Positions 48,999-59,310 are shown, numbered from the stretch's first letter. The stretch: 64,000 nt of DNA from Thermodesulfovibrionales bacterium (GCA_963715195.1 CAVQRT010000008.1:1-64000), one strand, 5' to 3'. Numbers and translations are program-made. Notes: generated by a model from the sequence alone, not told the origin.

Positions 48999-49826
48999 TT
49001 AAAAGATATCGTGGCGGGAATGGGGGATGAGGCCTTTCTTTTCAGCCTCTGCGAGGAGGAAACGAATTGCCTGCTCACCCGCTGTCCCGATATCCAGTGA
49101 ATATTCGTTTACATATAAATCAATGTGCTGACGGGCAACCGATTCGTCCATTTCCTGTGCGTATCTGCGGATGTATGCCCGGGGCTCTTCCGGATGCATT
49201 TGGGCATACCGGATGCTCTCGCGGATCTTTTCTTCTATGAGATATGACAGCTCCCTGTGCAGGTGCCGTCTCATGATGATGCCGCCAAGAGGAATCGGGT
49301 ACCCGGTCGACTGCTCCCACCATTCACCCAAATCCAGAATCTTCTGAAGGCCGAATTTCCGATAGGTGAAACGGCTCTCATGAATGACAAGCCCTGCCTC
49401 GGTTCTTCCCTGTTGAACAGACTGCATAACCTGATGAAACGGCATAACAACGAAATTTCGAATCACGGGATCATAGAGACGGAGCAGCAAAAAGGCGGTT
49501 GTGAGTTCCCCCGGGATAGCGACGCGCTGGCGGCGTAGATCGCTTGAGGTAGATCCTTCCCGGGCTACGACGAGCGGACCGCAGCCTTTCCCCAGTGCTC
49601 CTCCTGAACGGAGGAGTGCATAGTGATCCCGGAGGTGTGCGAAGGCATGAAATGATATTTTTGTGATATCCAATTCATTCCGGGTGGCCAGCCTGTTTAG
49701 GGTCTCGACGTCTTCCAGCCGTTCAGTAAACGATATGCCTTCCAAGGGGATCCTGTTGTGGACGAGAGCATAGAAGATGAATGTGTCGTTCGGACATGGG
49801 GAATAACCCAGGGACAGATTCTTCAC
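48999..49826 (-). CDS. mqnD: 1,4-dihydroxy-6-naphthoate synthase
   Basis: GYSPCPNDTF, DVETLN, GGALG.GCGP, IHESRF, DLGEWW, HIDLYVN. GTG start at 49826. Confidence 0.93.
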   Translation of the reverse strand: MKNLSLGYSPCPNDTFIFYALVHNRIPLEGISFTERLEDVETLNRLATRNELDITKISFHAFAHLRDHYALLRSGGALGKGCGPLVVAREGSTSSDLRRQRVAIPGELTTAFLLLRLYDPVIRNFVVMPFHQVMQSVQQGRTEAGLVIHESRFTYRKFGLQKILDLGEWWEQSTGYPIPLGGIIMRRHLHRELSYLIEEKIRESIRYAQMHPEEPRAYIRRYAQEMDESVARQHIDLYVNEYSLDIGTAGEQAIRFLLAEAEKKGLIPHSRHDIF

Positions 49827-50542
49827 AGGGCTTTCCCCCAGTGCAAAACAATTTCTCTGGCCGCATTCTGACTGATACGGGCGGCAGAGGACAGGTCCCA
49901 TTCTCTCTTGTTCCGCTTTTTCACCATATTACTGATGCCGCGAATTTCCAGAAAGGGAATGTCATAGAGAATGCATAATTGAGCTACCGATGCCCCCTCC
50001 ATGTTTTCACAAATACCCCTGAAACGCTTTTCCATTTCGTCGGTCTTCTCCTTTGTACCCGTGACCTCAGAAACGGTAACAAATGCTCCTGTTTTCGCCC
50101 GGAACCCCTTTAGGATTTTTTTCGCTCTCTTCACAATTTTCTGATCTATCGGAAATCTGTTGTAAAAACTTTGCTGATCCCTCCTGAGGAGCGGGAGTTT
50201 CAGATATTCCATTGATCTCCACCCTCGCGGAGTTATGACCCCCTCATCCCCGAAGATTTCCTCACTGGCAATTGCCAAATCACCAACGATCAGCCCCGAT
50301 CTCGGATAAGCGCCGCCGCATCCAATCAGGAGAAGAAGATCAGGCCTCAAATGTTCCAGCAACAGAGTTGTGCCGTGAGCAGCATTGGTTTTTCCGACGC
50401 CTACTGGAAAAATGACGACCGGGACAGAACCAAGCCTGCCCTTGAGGGCCGAAGATTGACCGATGGCAACAGGACGGGGGCGGATTAACTGGCCGGAAAG
50501 CAGAGCTGTTTCAAATGGTGTGGCTGCGGTCACGATAATCAT
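49823..50542 (-). CDS. mqnB: Futalosine hydrolase
   Basis: GVGKTNAA, GCGGAY, ENMEGA, EIRGISN; adjacent to mqnD. Confidence 0.88.
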   Translation of the reverse strand: MIIVTAATPFETALLSGQLIRPRPVAIGQSSALKGRLGSVPVVIFPVGVGKTNAAHGTTLLLEHLRPDLLLLIGCGGAYPRSGLIVGDLAIASEEIFGDEGVITPRGWRSMEYLKLPLLRRDQQSFYNRFPIDQKIVKRAKKILKGFRAKTGAFVTVSEVTGTKEKTDEMEKRFRGICENMEGASVAQLCILYDIPFLEIRGISNMVKKRNKREWDLSSAARISQNAAREIVLHWGKAL

Positions 50543-51450
50543 GTCCTGCTGCCTGAAGATATTGTTTTTCTTTTATTAAAGAGCAAGAGTATCTCTCCCA
50601 ACACACATCCGATATGCCCGGCAACCACTGCACACTTTGCCCTGAGCATAAAAAAGACCGGCTTCTTCGCCTCTGACAATGTCTCAAAATTCCCCTGACC
50701 TTTGCTGATGATAATATCGGATGCCTTATACAGTTTCAGAAATTCTTTTGAGCATAACGATAATATTGTCCCCGGTGCATCAGACCCGGAAGATACAACA
50801 GCTGCTATGTTGTGAATCCCGCACTGATATGCATCTTCCAAGAGGGCATCGTTAATGATGGGTGATTCTTTGACTGCATACGTGATTTGTTTGCGCGCAT
50901 CTTTTCGCCGAATCTCTTCGATCAGGATTCTGTCGAATACCGTCTCACCCGCGTTGTCTGCCAGATAGAGAATATTTTTTGCTTTTTCTACCATGTCTGT
51001 AAAATCATGATAATGAATAAAGGCATGGTTTCCTTTGCCAAAACTCTTTTGTTCGGTATGCAAAATCTTTTTCAGCTCTTCCTTTATATCCAGAGAGTTC
51101 CTTACCCCATAATCAATGATATTCCCGGCAATCGCCAGTTCAACGGCTTTGTGCAAGCGATCCTCTGATGCTGATACCCTTCTGCAGAGTTCAGGATACA
51201 TTCTGAGAGCAAGTCTGTTCCCGCGTATTTTCATTTGTTGATATGGATCGTTCTGCCCTGTTGCTTTTCTCACAATTCCGTATACAGTCCGGGCTATTTC
51301 AGGAGGTGTAGCTTTCAGTGATAACGCGGGCAGTGTTTTTGCGACTTCGTGTAAAACTTTCCTCTGAATTGCCGGCCCTGCACCGGAAATCCGGGCGGTT
51401 TCAAGTGCTTGTCTGAAAAAACAGGGAATGCAGTCCAAATATGTTCTCAT
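50539..51450 (-). CDS. DUF89/ARMT1-like damage-control phosphatase
   Basis: DCIPC, DPY, AIAGNIIDYG, DNAGE..FD, IINDA, KGQGNFETL, AKC. Confidence 0.9.
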   Translation of the reverse strand: MRTYLDCIPCFFRQALETARISGAGPAIQRKVLHEVAKTLPALSLKATPPEIARTVYGIVRKATGQNDPYQQMKIRGNRLALRMYPELCRRVSASEDRLHKAVELAIAGNIIDYGVRNSLDIKEELKKILHTEQKSFGKGNHAFIHYHDFTDMVEKAKNILYLADNAGETVFDRILIEEIRRKDARKQITYAVKESPIINDALLEDAYQCGIHNIAAVVSSGSDAPGTILSLCSKEFLKLYKASDIIISKGQGNFETLSEAKKPVFFMLRAKCAVVAGHIGCVLGEILLLFNKRKTISSGSRT

Positions 51451-51576
51451 ACATTAGAGGTATTTATTTTTTGGATTATAAGATAGCATGAAAAGAAAGA
51501 AAATAGCTTTCTGGGGCAGGAACCTGGGGCGGAAACCTTGACATTGACTCTCAGCTTTTGTTATGTTTTATACAAC

Positions 51577-51634
51577 AAGGCCACGAAGGCTGAAAAAAGA
51601 CCAGGAGGTCTGATAGCTTTCGCGGCTTTTTTTT
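51577..51634 (+). promoter_or_regulatory. Structured leader/attenuator upstream of the porin-nik operon
   Basis: Immediately after TTGACA-18 bp-TATGTT. GGCCACGAAGGCT pairs with AGCTTTCGCGGCT, enclosing AGACC-AGGA-GGTCT, followed by T8. Confidence 0.6.
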
Positions 51635-51728
51635 GTTTGCCGCGGGGAAGGGGGTCCCTGTCCAAGAAATACCATATTACAAATTACTCATAAGTATCTG
51701 TCCATAAAGTGCGGTTTTTTGAAAAGTC

Positions 51729-51823
51729 TGTCATTCCCGCCCCCGTCTTCACGAGGGTAAACTCCGGCGGGAATCCATTGATTTCAATATATTATGGATC
51801 CCCGGGTCAAGCCGGAGGATGAG
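51729..51823. repeat. REP-like palindromic element (GTCATTCCCGC...GCGGGAATCCA / TGGATCCCCGG...GGATGA family)
   Basis: Two inverted hairpin units; related to the element at 62785-62884. Confidence 0.7.
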
Positions 51824-51877
51824 GAACAATGAGCTTCTTGGCGGACTTTAATAAGACAATCAAAGGGGGTTAATCTT

Positions 51878-53005
51878 ATGGTAACAGTGATGAAAAAAAT
51901 GGTATCGATTTTCTTTGTCTGTTGTTGCATGATAATCGCAGTTCCGGCACTCGGCCTGTCTTATGATATCAATGAAAAGCTCTCAGTGGAAGGCTTGCTG
52001 ACAGGAGTCTATCAATATGGTGATTTCGATGTTAAGGGGGTGGACGATGCCGACAGAGGGGCTGTCGTCTTTGATCTGGGAGTAAATTTCCATCCCACCG
52101 AGATCGATGAATTCCAAATAACGCTCAGCTATGCTGCCGGCAACGGGCTCAATAGTTTGAACCCTTTTTCACTTGCTCCATATGCAGATGACCTTGAGGA
52201 CGATCTGAAAGACATCAACGGCAGAAACAGGGATTACCTGCTTGAAGCCTGGTACAGACATGCATTCAAGCTCTCAGAGAACATGGAATTGGGACTAACC
52301 GGTGGAATCATCGATGCCACCGCATATATTGACGATAACAACTTTGCGAACTGCGAATGCAGTCAGTTTATGAATGAAGCGTTCGTGAATCACAGAAACG
52401 TAAATCTTCCTTCATACGACCTTGGAGGAGTTATCGAGTTGAACGTTTCCAATTTCTCGATCCGGGCTCTCGCAATGAACACAAAATTTGAATCCGGTGC
52501 AGATGGATTTACAAACTACAATTATTACGCGCTGCAGGCGGGTTACAAACTTGACATTGCTTTGGGAGAAGGGAATTACAGGCTCTACGGGTTTACAACG
52601 AATAAGCGCTTTCAATGCCCTGAAGAAGGGGAAAAAGATAACCTGCTGGGCTTTGGAATATCGGCAGACCAGAAACTGGGCGAGGTGGTTGGTGTCTTTG
52701 TGAGAACCAGCTGGCAGGACGACGAGGCGGTCATCGACCATGATAACATTTACTCCGGCGGAATAAACATTAATGGCAATCTCTGGGGGAGAGAGAACGA
52801 TGAGATAGGAATTGGGTATGCATATCTGAATGGTGCATGCGCCTCGGACATTGACCATTCGGTTGCTTTTGAGACGTATGCTAAATTCATGGTATCGACA
52901 TTCAGTGACGTAACCTTGGATGTACAATACATAGACGATGAGATGAAAAATAATGATGACAGAGATGGGTTCATATACGGTATCAGAATGAATGCATATT
53001 TCTAA
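51878..53005 (+). CDS. Outer-membrane porin (OprB/carbohydrate-porin-like)
   Basis: Signal peptide, LLEAWY, GIIDATAYID.N.FAN....QFMN, SADQ, terminal RMNAYF. Confidence 0.8.
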   Translation: MVTVMKKMVSIFFVCCCMIIAVPALGLSYDINEKLSVEGLLTGVYQYGDFDVKGVDDADRGAVVFDLGVNFHPTEIDEFQITLSYAAGNGLNSLNPFSLAPYADDLEDDLKDINGRNRDYLLEAWYRHAFKLSENMELGLTGGIIDATAYIDDNNFANCECSQFMNEAFVNHRNVNLPSYDLGGVIELNVSNFSIRALAMNTKFESGADGFTNYNYYALQAGYKLDIALGEGNYRLYGFTTNKRFQCPEEGEKDNLLGFGISADQKLGEVVGVFVRTSWQDDEAVIDHDNIYSGGININGNLWGRENDEIGIGYAYLNGACASDIDHSVAFETYAKFMVSTFSDVTLDVQYIDDEMKNNDDRDGFIYGIRMNAYF

Positions 53006-53102
53006 ACGGTGTTATTCATGCATGATATATTTACCGGCCCGTTTGTGAACAATGTATTCTGAGGCCTATTAATAATCATAAGGATGAAGCATAATTATAA
53101 AA

Positions 53103-53132
53103 CTCTTTGGCAAAGAGGGGCGGGGGAGATTT
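53103..53132 (+). repeat. Short REP-like palindrome (CTCTTT..AAAGAGGGG..GGGGAGATTT family)
   Basis: CTCTTTG-G-CAAAGAG followed by GGGCGGGGGAGATTT; same family as 62372-62463. Confidence 0.55.
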
Positions 53133-53187
53133 TTGAGAATGATGTCTTACTTATGCACTCCTTAGTAAACAAAAGGAGGCAGGAATT

Positions 53188-53961
53188 ATGAAAAAAGGCA
53201 TATTGACCATATTGGCTGGATCGATTTTGACGCTGTTGTTTTTTTCGGTGTCGTGGGCGCACTTTGGGATGATCATTCCCTCAGACGATATCGTTGGAAA
53301 AGAGGATAAGAAGGTGATTACCCTCACCATCAAATTTATCCATCCCTTTGAGGGCGATTACATGAATATGGAAATGCCGAAGGCATTCGGTGTGATGGTC
53401 GGCGGAGCAAAACAGGACCTCCTGAAGACCCTCCAGAAGAAGGATGTGAAAAAGTTTACCACATGGGGGACCTCTTATCAAATAAAGAGTCCGGGAGATT
53501 ACGCATTTTATGTTGAACCAGCTCCATACTGGGAACCTGCGGAAGAAAGCTTTATTGTTCACTATACGAAAGTGATCGTGAATGCCCTTGGCCTCGAAGA
53601 AGGTTGGGACGAGGAAGTGGGGCTGGAAACAGAGATCGTTCCGCTGACACGTCCCTACGGACTGTGGGCCGGAAACGTATTTCAGGGAGTAGTCAAAGTG
53701 GACGGCAAACCCGTTCCGCATGCAGAAGTGGAGGTTGAGTATTATAATGAAGGCGGCAGGATCAAACCGCCTGCTGAATCATATATCACACAGGTGATTA
53801 AGGCTGATCAAAATGGTGTATTCACTTACGCAATGCCGAAAGCTGGCTGGTGGGGATTTGCCGCACTGAATACCGCCGACTACACATTGGCACACGAAGG
53901 GAAAGAGTATCCCGTTGAAATCGGCGCGGTCCTCTGGGTGAGAACAAGGGATATGAAGTAA
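53188..53961 (+). CDS. DUF4198 periplasmic protein (NikK-like)
   Basis: Signal peptide then [38 protein letters not shown]. Confidence 0.85.
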   Translation: MKKGILTILAGSILTLLFFSVSWAHFGMIIPSDDIVGKEDKKVITLTIKFIHPFEGDYMNMEMPKAFGVMVGGAKQDLLKTLQKKDVKKFTTWGTSYQIKSPGDYAFYVEPAPYWEPAEESFIVHYTKVIVNALGLEEGWDEEVGLETEIVPLTRPYGLWAGNVFQGVVKVDGKPVPHAEVEVEYYNEGGRIKPPAESYITQVIKADQNGVFTYAMPKAGWWGFAALNTADYTLAHEGKEYPVEIGAVLWVRTRDMK

Positions 53962-53962
53962 T

Positions 53963-54568
53963 ATGCATATTTCTGAAGGAGTATTATCGGCACCCGTGCT
54001 CATCGCGGGTGCCGTTCTGACTGCGGCAGGAGTGGCAGTCGGCCTGAAAAAAATGAGCTATGACCGGATTCCAGAAGTAGCGGTTCTCTCGTCAGCCTTT
54101 TTTGTTGCCTCCCTTATTCATGTGCCGATCGGTCCTTCCGCAGTGCATCTGGTCCTGAACGGCCTGCTCGGTATTCTCCTGGGCTGGATGGCGTTCCCGT
54201 CAATATTAGTAGCTCTTGCGCTTCAGGCGCTCCTGTTTCAGTTCGGCGGAATTACCGTTCTCGGAGTCAACACCATGATTATGGCAGCACCGGCGGTCTT
54301 TGTGTATATCCTTTTCTCACCGCTTCTGAAAAAGCGGAACCTTTCCGTGATTGGCGTAGCCGGATTTTTCGCGGGTTCGACCGGTATAGCTGCCGGTGCC
54401 CTGCTGATTGCAGTCGCACTTGTTTCTACCGGCGAGAGTTTTGCGAATGTGGCAAAAGTTATTGTTATTGCTCATGTGCCCATTATGATTATCGAGGGCA
54501 TCATCACAGCCTTTTGCGTTCTCTTCTTAAAGAGAGTAAAACCAGAGATTCTGGAGGTTAGCAAATGA
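53963..54568 (+). CDS. cbiM: ECF Ni/Co transporter substrate component CbiM/NikM
   Basis: MHISEG N-terminus, AFFVASLIHVP, LQALLFQFGG..LGVN. Confidence 0.92.
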   Translation: MHISEGVLSAPVLIAGAVLTAAGVAVGLKKMSYDRIPEVAVLSSAFFVASLIHVPIGPSAVHLVLNGLLGILLGWMAFPSILVALALQALLFQFGGITVLGVNTMIMAAPAVFVYILFSPLLKKRNLSVIGVAGFFAGSTGIAAGALLIAVALVSTGESFANVAKVIVIAHVPIMIIEGIITAFCVLFLKRVKPEILEVSK

Positions 54569-55269
54569 ATTATCAAAGTCTCTTGTCTAGTTTTTTTTCT
54601 CTTGTGAAAGGGAAAAGACTATGCTTTTATTCAGTGATTGGCTGTATGTTTTTTCTGTTCGGTCTCTTTCTGCAACCGGCTGACGCCCATAAAGTGAATA
54701 TTTTTGCGTATGCGCAGGGCGGAAAAATTTATGCTGAAGGCTATTTTGTCGATGGTACAAAGTGTAAAAACTCTGTCATTGAGGTCGTTGACGGCAACAC
54801 AGGTGAACAGTTGCTCGAGGGAAAAACCGACGACAACGGACAGATGTCGTTCCCGATTCCACGGGTGACTGCATTAAAACTTATTTTGCACGCGGGGGCG
54901 GGACATCAGAATGATTATATGCTGACGGAAGAGGAAGTCAGGGATGCGATGCCGGCGGTTAAAAAACAGGCGGAAAGGCGAAATGAACAGAAAAAGAAGG
55001 CAGTGCCTGAGCAGAAACAGACAAAGCGCGAGCAGGTAGCAAGGGTTGAGAATACGATATATCCACCAGTTTCGTCTGGGGAGCTTGAGACTGTGGTCGA
55101 GAAGGTTGTTGACAGTAAACTCCAGCCTGTCCTGAAGATACTTTTGGAGCTTCAAGAGAAAAGCGGAAAGCCAGGGGTAACCGAAATTCTGGGTGGTATC
55201 GGATATATAATAGGCATATTGGGTATTATTGCGTATTACAAGGGAAGGAGAACGAACAGCAAACTCTGA
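54565..55269 (+). CDS. NikL/CbiL-like accessory membrane protein
   Basis: Signal then HKVNIFAY, G.TDDNG..SF, AGAGH, C-terminal ILGGIGYIIG TM. Confidence 0.8.
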   Translation: MNYQSLLSSFFSLVKGKRLCFYSVIGCMFFLFGLFLQPADAHKVNIFAYAQGGKIYAEGYFVDGTKCKNSVIEVVDGNTGEQLLEGKTDDNGQMSFPIPRVTALKLILHAGAGHQNDYMLTEEEVRDAMPAVKKQAERRNEQKKKAVPEQKQTKREQVARVENTIYPPVSSGELETVVEKVVDSKLQPVLKILLELQEKSGKPGVTEILGGIGYIIGILGIIAYYKGRRTNSKL

Positions 55270-55349
55270 CCTGCCTTACTCGTAACTGTTATATCTGATG
55301 GTAGATACTGTATCTTCAGTCTATCAAGTCAATCTATATTTCAAGAACT

Positions 55350-56105
55350 ATGCATCTTGAGGAATTCGCAGAAGGAACATCATTGTTTCACCGTCTTGAC
55401 CCGCGGGTGAAATTCATTACATTCATACCGTATGTTCTTGTCATCGCTGTCATGGAGGGAATTGCCCACCCGGCTCTTGCGCTGATTATTTCCTCATGCA
55501 TGATTGTCATGACGCGGATTGATATGCGTAAATTGTTGAACAGGCTTGCTGCGGTGAATATTTTTATCCTGTTGCTTTGGCTCTTTCTGCCATTCAGCTA
55601 TCCCGGACATGAGGCGTTTCGCATAGGCCCCTTAACAGCAACGCGCGAGGGTCTGCTCTTTTCCCTTACTATTGGGCTTAAGGCAAACGCAATTGTCCTT
55701 GCAACGATTGCCATGCTCGGAACATCAGAAGTATTCTCCCTTGCTCATGCGCTCGTTCACCTGAAAGTGCCGAATAAGCTCGTGCATCTCTTTTTTTTCT
55801 TTTACCGGTATATTAGTGTGCTGCATGATGAGTACACAACGTTAAAGCGGGCGATACATATACGGGCATTCAGACCGGGGACAAACATGCATACCTATAA
55901 AACATATGCGTATCTTGTGGGAATGCTTATTGTGAGGAGTTATGATCATTCTCAGAGGATCTATCAGGCGATGCTCTGCAGGGGCTTCACCGGACGCTTC
56001 CCGATCATCATGCATTTTCATATGCACATGCGGGACTACCTCTTCAGCATCTGCATGTTCTGCATAACAATTGGTATGATAGTGCTTTCATACAACGCGA
56101 AATAA
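55350..56105 (+). CDS. cbiQ: ECF transporter T component CbiQ/NikQ
   Basis: HRLDPRVK, YRYI, RAF, AMLCRGF. Confidence 0.92.
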   Translation: MHLEEFAEGTSLFHRLDPRVKFITFIPYVLVIAVMEGIAHPALALIISSCMIVMTRIDMRKLLNRLAAVNIFILLLWLFLPFSYPGHEAFRIGPLTATREGLLFSLTIGLKANAIVLATIAMLGTSEVFSLAHALVHLKVPNKLVHLFFFFYRYISVLHDEYTTLKRAIHIRAFRPGTNMHTYKTYAYLVGMLIVRSYDHSQRIYQAMLCRGFTGRFPIIMHFHMHMRDYLFSICMFCITIGMIVLSYNAK

Positions 56106-56109
56106 CTGT

Positions 56110-56757
56110 ATGCTGAATATTCAAGATCTTCATTTCGGATATCAGAACGGGAAAGAGGTTTTCCAGGGGCTCAATTTTACCCTGAACAAGAAGGAGCGGA
56201 TAGGCCTCGTCGGCCCGAATGGCGCTGGAAAGACCACATTGTTTCATCTGATTATGGGGTTGCAAAGGCCCTCATCAGGAAGCATAGAAATATTTGATAA
56301 GATCAGGGAAACTGAGGGTGATTTTGAGGAAGTAAGAAAGCGCATCGGGTTCCTGTTCCAGGAATCGGATGACCAGCTTTTCTGTCCAACGGTTGAGGAG
56401 GATATCGCATTCGGTCCGCTCAATCTCGGGAAATCGCATGATGAAGCCCGTCTGATCGTGAAAGAAACCTGTGAGAAATTAGGATTAAGCGGCTATGAGA
56501 AAAGAATAACCCACCGCCTCTCGGGAGGAGAAAAAAGACTCGTTGCTCTCGCAACAGTAGTAGCAATGCATCCTGAGTGCTATCTCCTCGACGAACCGAC
56601 AGCCGGACTTGATGATGCAACCACGAAGAGGTTTCTGGACTATCTCGCTCATTATACGGACACCTATATCATTATTACGCACAACCATTCCTTGCTTAAA
56701 GATACTGCTGATAAAGTCTATGCGTTGAATAACGGCTCATTGAGGCTTCTGGACTGA
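56110..56757 (+). CDS. cbiO: ECF transporter ATPase CbiO/NikO
   Basis: GPNGAGKTT, FQESDDQLFCPTVEEDIAFGP, LSGGEKR, LDEPT. Confidence 0.92.
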   Translation: MLNIQDLHFGYQNGKEVFQGLNFTLNKKERIGLVGPNGAGKTTLFHLIMGLQRPSSGSIEIFDKIRETEGDFEEVRKRIGFLFQESDDQLFCPTVEEDIAFGPLNLGKSHDEARLIVKETCEKLGLSGYEKRITHRLSGGEKRLVALATVVAMHPECYLLDEPTAGLDDATTKRFLDYLAHYTDTYIIITHNHSLLKDTADKVYALNNGSLRLLD

Positions 56758-56792
56758 TAAGCGAAGTGTCATCCCTGCAGTATTCCCCGGCA

Positions 56793-57404
56793 TCAAAACG
56801 GCAATTCAAGTGACATCACCCTGAAGAAACTCTTCCGGTGAATCGGGCAGGGCCCGAAGCGTTGCAGCATATCGAGGTGTTCCTTTGTTGCATATCCCTT
56901 ATGCTTCCCGAAATTATACACAGGATATTGGTCGTGGTACTCCAGCATGATCTTGTCTCTCGTACATTTTGCGATGATCGAAGCAGCAGCTACAGAAGCG
57001 CTTACGCTCTCAGCTTTTACCGGTGAACGCTGCTGTATCGAGACGGACGGGAGGGATAATGCATCGATGATGAGTATATCAGGTATGGCGGAGAGTTTTG
57101 CAAGAGCCATCTCCATAGACTGCCTTGTGGCTCTCAGGATATTCAGCCGGTCGATATCTTCAGGGCCGACAATACCGATGCCTATGGCCTCTGAAGCATC
57201 CTGAATGAGGGAGAAAAGGGATTTTCGCTCATCTTCCGGAACCTTTTTCGAATCCCGCAGACCGGCAATCGTAATGCCTTTCTTCAGCACAACTGCGGCT
57301 GCAACGACAGGACCAGCCAGGGGGCCCCTTCCGGCTTCATCGATACCAGCGACCCGGAGGTATCCCTGCATTCTCAGGGATTGATCATACTGGTAGATGT
57401 CCAT
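56793..57404 (-). CDS. rnhB: Ribonuclease HII
   Basis: GIDEAGRGPLAGPV, DSKK, AAASIIAK, HKGY, HRKSF. Confidence 0.96.
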   Translation of the reverse strand: MDIYQYDQSLRMQGYLRVAGIDEAGRGPLAGPVVAAAVVLKKGITIAGLRDSKKVPEDERKSLFSLIQDASEAIGIGIVGPEDIDRLNILRATRQSMEMALAKLSAIPDILIIDALSLPSVSIQQRSPVKAESVSASVAAASIIAKCTRDKIMLEYHDQYPVYNFGKHKGYATKEHLDMLQRFGPCPIHRKSFFRVMSLELPF

Positions 57405-57434
57405 GGGAAGACACCGTGCTGCTCTTCTGAATGG

Positions 57435-57836
57435 CTATTCGCTCGTTTCGGGAGCGGCTGCCTGAGCTTCGGCAGGTTTTGCAACTAATATCCGTTCCCG
57501 CTCTTTTTCCTTTATTTTCGCTGCCTTACCTTTTTTACCCCTGAGATAGTAGAGCTTCGCCCTCCTGACATCACCCCTTTTGAGAACCTCAATCTTGTCA
57601 ATCGACGGCGAAAAGAGCGGAAAGATTCTCTCGATGCCGATCCCGAATGATATCTTTCGCACGGTAAAGGTCTCCCTTGTGCCCCCTCCGCGCCTGGCAA
57701 TGACCACACCTTCGAAGGGCTGAATCCTCTCCTTGTCACCCTCGATAACCTTGACAGAAACTCTCACTGTATCACCAATCTGAAAGTTTGTCATCTCTTT
57801 TTTAAAACCTTCTTCGACAGCCTGCATCAAACTCAT
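57435..57836 (-). CDS. rplS: 50S ribosomal protein L19
   Basis: [30 protein letters not shown]. Confidence 0.98.
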   Translation of the reverse strand: MSLMQAVEEGFKKEMTNFQIGDTVRVSVKVIEGDKERIQPFEGVVIARRGGGTRETFTVRKISFGIGIERIFPLFSPSIDKIEVLKRGDVRRAKLYYLRGKKGKAAKIKEKERERILVAKPAEAQAAAPETSE

Positions 57837-58570
57837 GCTGATTCCTCCTTTATTTCTCTCATCAACCCCAGGTCCTCTTCACTGAGAGGAGCTTTCTCAA
57901 GAAGCTCAGGTCTCTGCCTTAACGTGCGGAGAAGAGCCTGCTTCCGCCTCCATCGCAGGATATCTTTGTGATTTCCGGATAATAAAATCTCCGGTACTGC
58001 CAGCCCTCTGAACTCAGGGGGCCTTGTATAGTGGGGATAGTCGAGTATTCCCCATGAGAAGGATTCTATTTCGGCAGAATGCTCATCGCCGAGAACACCG
58101 GGTACCAATCTGGCAACGGCATCTATTATAACCAAAGCAGGCAATTCTCCGCCAGTCAGTACATAATCGCCGATCGAAATTTCGTCATCTGTCAGGGCGA
58201 TCCGAACTCTTTCATCGACGGCTTCATATCTTCCGCATAAAAAAACGAGCCGCCTGGTTTCCCGGGAAAGTTCTTCCGCCAGGTGCTGATCAAATTTTCT
58301 GCCCGCCGGACTCAGCATGAGAACTCTACGCTGAGACCTATCAGGACAGATTGCCTCAAGAGCTGAAAAGAACGGCTCCGGTTTCATTACCATGCCGGAA
58401 CCTCCCCCGTAGGGATAGTCATCAACGGTCCTGTGTTTGTCTGCTGTGTATTCCCGCAGATGGTGAATGTCCACCTGAATAAAGCCATTCTGAATAGCCC
58501 TTCTGAGAATCCCCTCACCGAGGTATGCGTGAAAAATATCCGGGAAGATCGTCAGAATGTCACATTTCAT
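57833..58570 (-). CDS. trmD: tRNA (guanine37-N1)-methyltransferase
   Basis: [39 protein letters not shown]. Confidence 0.97.
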   Translation of the reverse strand: MKCDILTIFPDIFHAYLGEGILRRAIQNGFIQVDIHHLREYTADKHRTVDDYPYGGGSGMVMKPEPFFSALEAICPDRSQRRVLMLSPAGRKFDQHLAEELSRETRRLVFLCGRYEAVDERVRIALTDDEISIGDYVLTGGELPALVIIDAVARLVPGVLGDEHSAEIESFSWGILDYPHYTRPPEFRGLAVPEILLSGNHKDILRWRRKQALLRTLRQRPELLEKAPLSEEDLGLMREIKEESA

Positions 58571-58657
58571 TTTTTCATCGGATCTGGTTGCGAACTGGTG
58601 CCAATAATTAAGGGGTACAAGGAATGTCGTGTTTCCTTCTACCCCTTTTTATTTTTA

Positions 58658-58686
58658 TAAAAAGGCGGGACATGCATGCATCCCGC
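58658..58686 (-). terminator. Intrinsic terminator after khpA
   Basis: Minus strand GCGGGA-TGCATGCATG-TCCCGC-C-TTTTTA. Confidence 0.65.
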
Positions 58687-58704
58687 GCAAGGAGCACAGT
58701 TACA

Positions 58705-58935
58705 TTATTCCAGAATTTCGAGCACGCAGCGCTTGCCGATTTTTGTCCCTGATGCACTCAGAATCGTTCTCATTGCCCGTGCTGTTTTTCCCTGCTTGCC
58801 GATAACCTTACCAAGATCACTCGGTGCCACTCTCAGCTCAAACACCGTGGTTTTTTCGCCGTCAACCTCTGCAACGTTCACCTCTTCAGGCCTGTCTACC
58901 AAAGCCTTCGCCATCTTTTCTACTAACTCTTTCAT
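58705..58935 (-). CDS. khpA: KH domain RNA-binding protein (KhpA)
   Basis: [23 protein letters not shown]; follows rpsP. Confidence 0.92.
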   Translation of the reverse strand: MKELVEKMAKALVDRPEEVNVAEVDGEKTTVFELRVAPSDLGKVIGKQGKTARAMRTILSASGTKIGKRCVLEILE

Positions 58936-58967
58936 GATTGTCCACCTCCATACGAGTTTTGGACTGC

Positions 58968-59204
58968 TTACATGCCAGCCCTTTGCATAAGCTTTTTAAC
59001 GATAGTGGTAGGTTGTGCTCCTTTTTGGATCCATTGTTTTGCCTTTTCCTGATCGAGCTTCACTTCGGAAGGGTCTTTCAGGGGATCGTATGTCCCGAGT
59101 ATTTCAATAAAGGGCCCGTTCCTTCTTGCCCTCGAATCAGCAACAACAACCCTGTAGAAAGGTCTCTTATGTGCTCCCAACCGTACTAATCTGATTTTGA
59201 CCAA
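58968..59204 (-). CDS. rpsP: 30S ribosomal protein S16
   Basis: [33 protein letters not shown] start after AAGGAGGT. Confidence 0.98.
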   Translation of the reverse strand: MVKIRLVRLGAHKRPFYRVVVADSRARRNGPFIEILGTYDPLKDPSEVKLDQEKAKQWIQKGAQPTTIVKKLMQRAGM

Positions 59205-59310
59205 GCCATCACCTCCTTAAAAGTCAATAATTGTAATATATTCCCAGGAATAAAGTAAAGCTCAGCAGGTGTTTGATTTTTAAGGAGAATTTCCGTTATT
59301 ATCAACAGGT

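Noticed and set aside
53009..53035. Possible NikR site (GTGTTA...) before the DUF4198 gene
   Set aside because: No matching inverted half-site at the expected spacing.
55303..55315. AGATAC-T-GTATCT palindrome before cbiQ
   Set aside because: Short, single copy and without supporting context.
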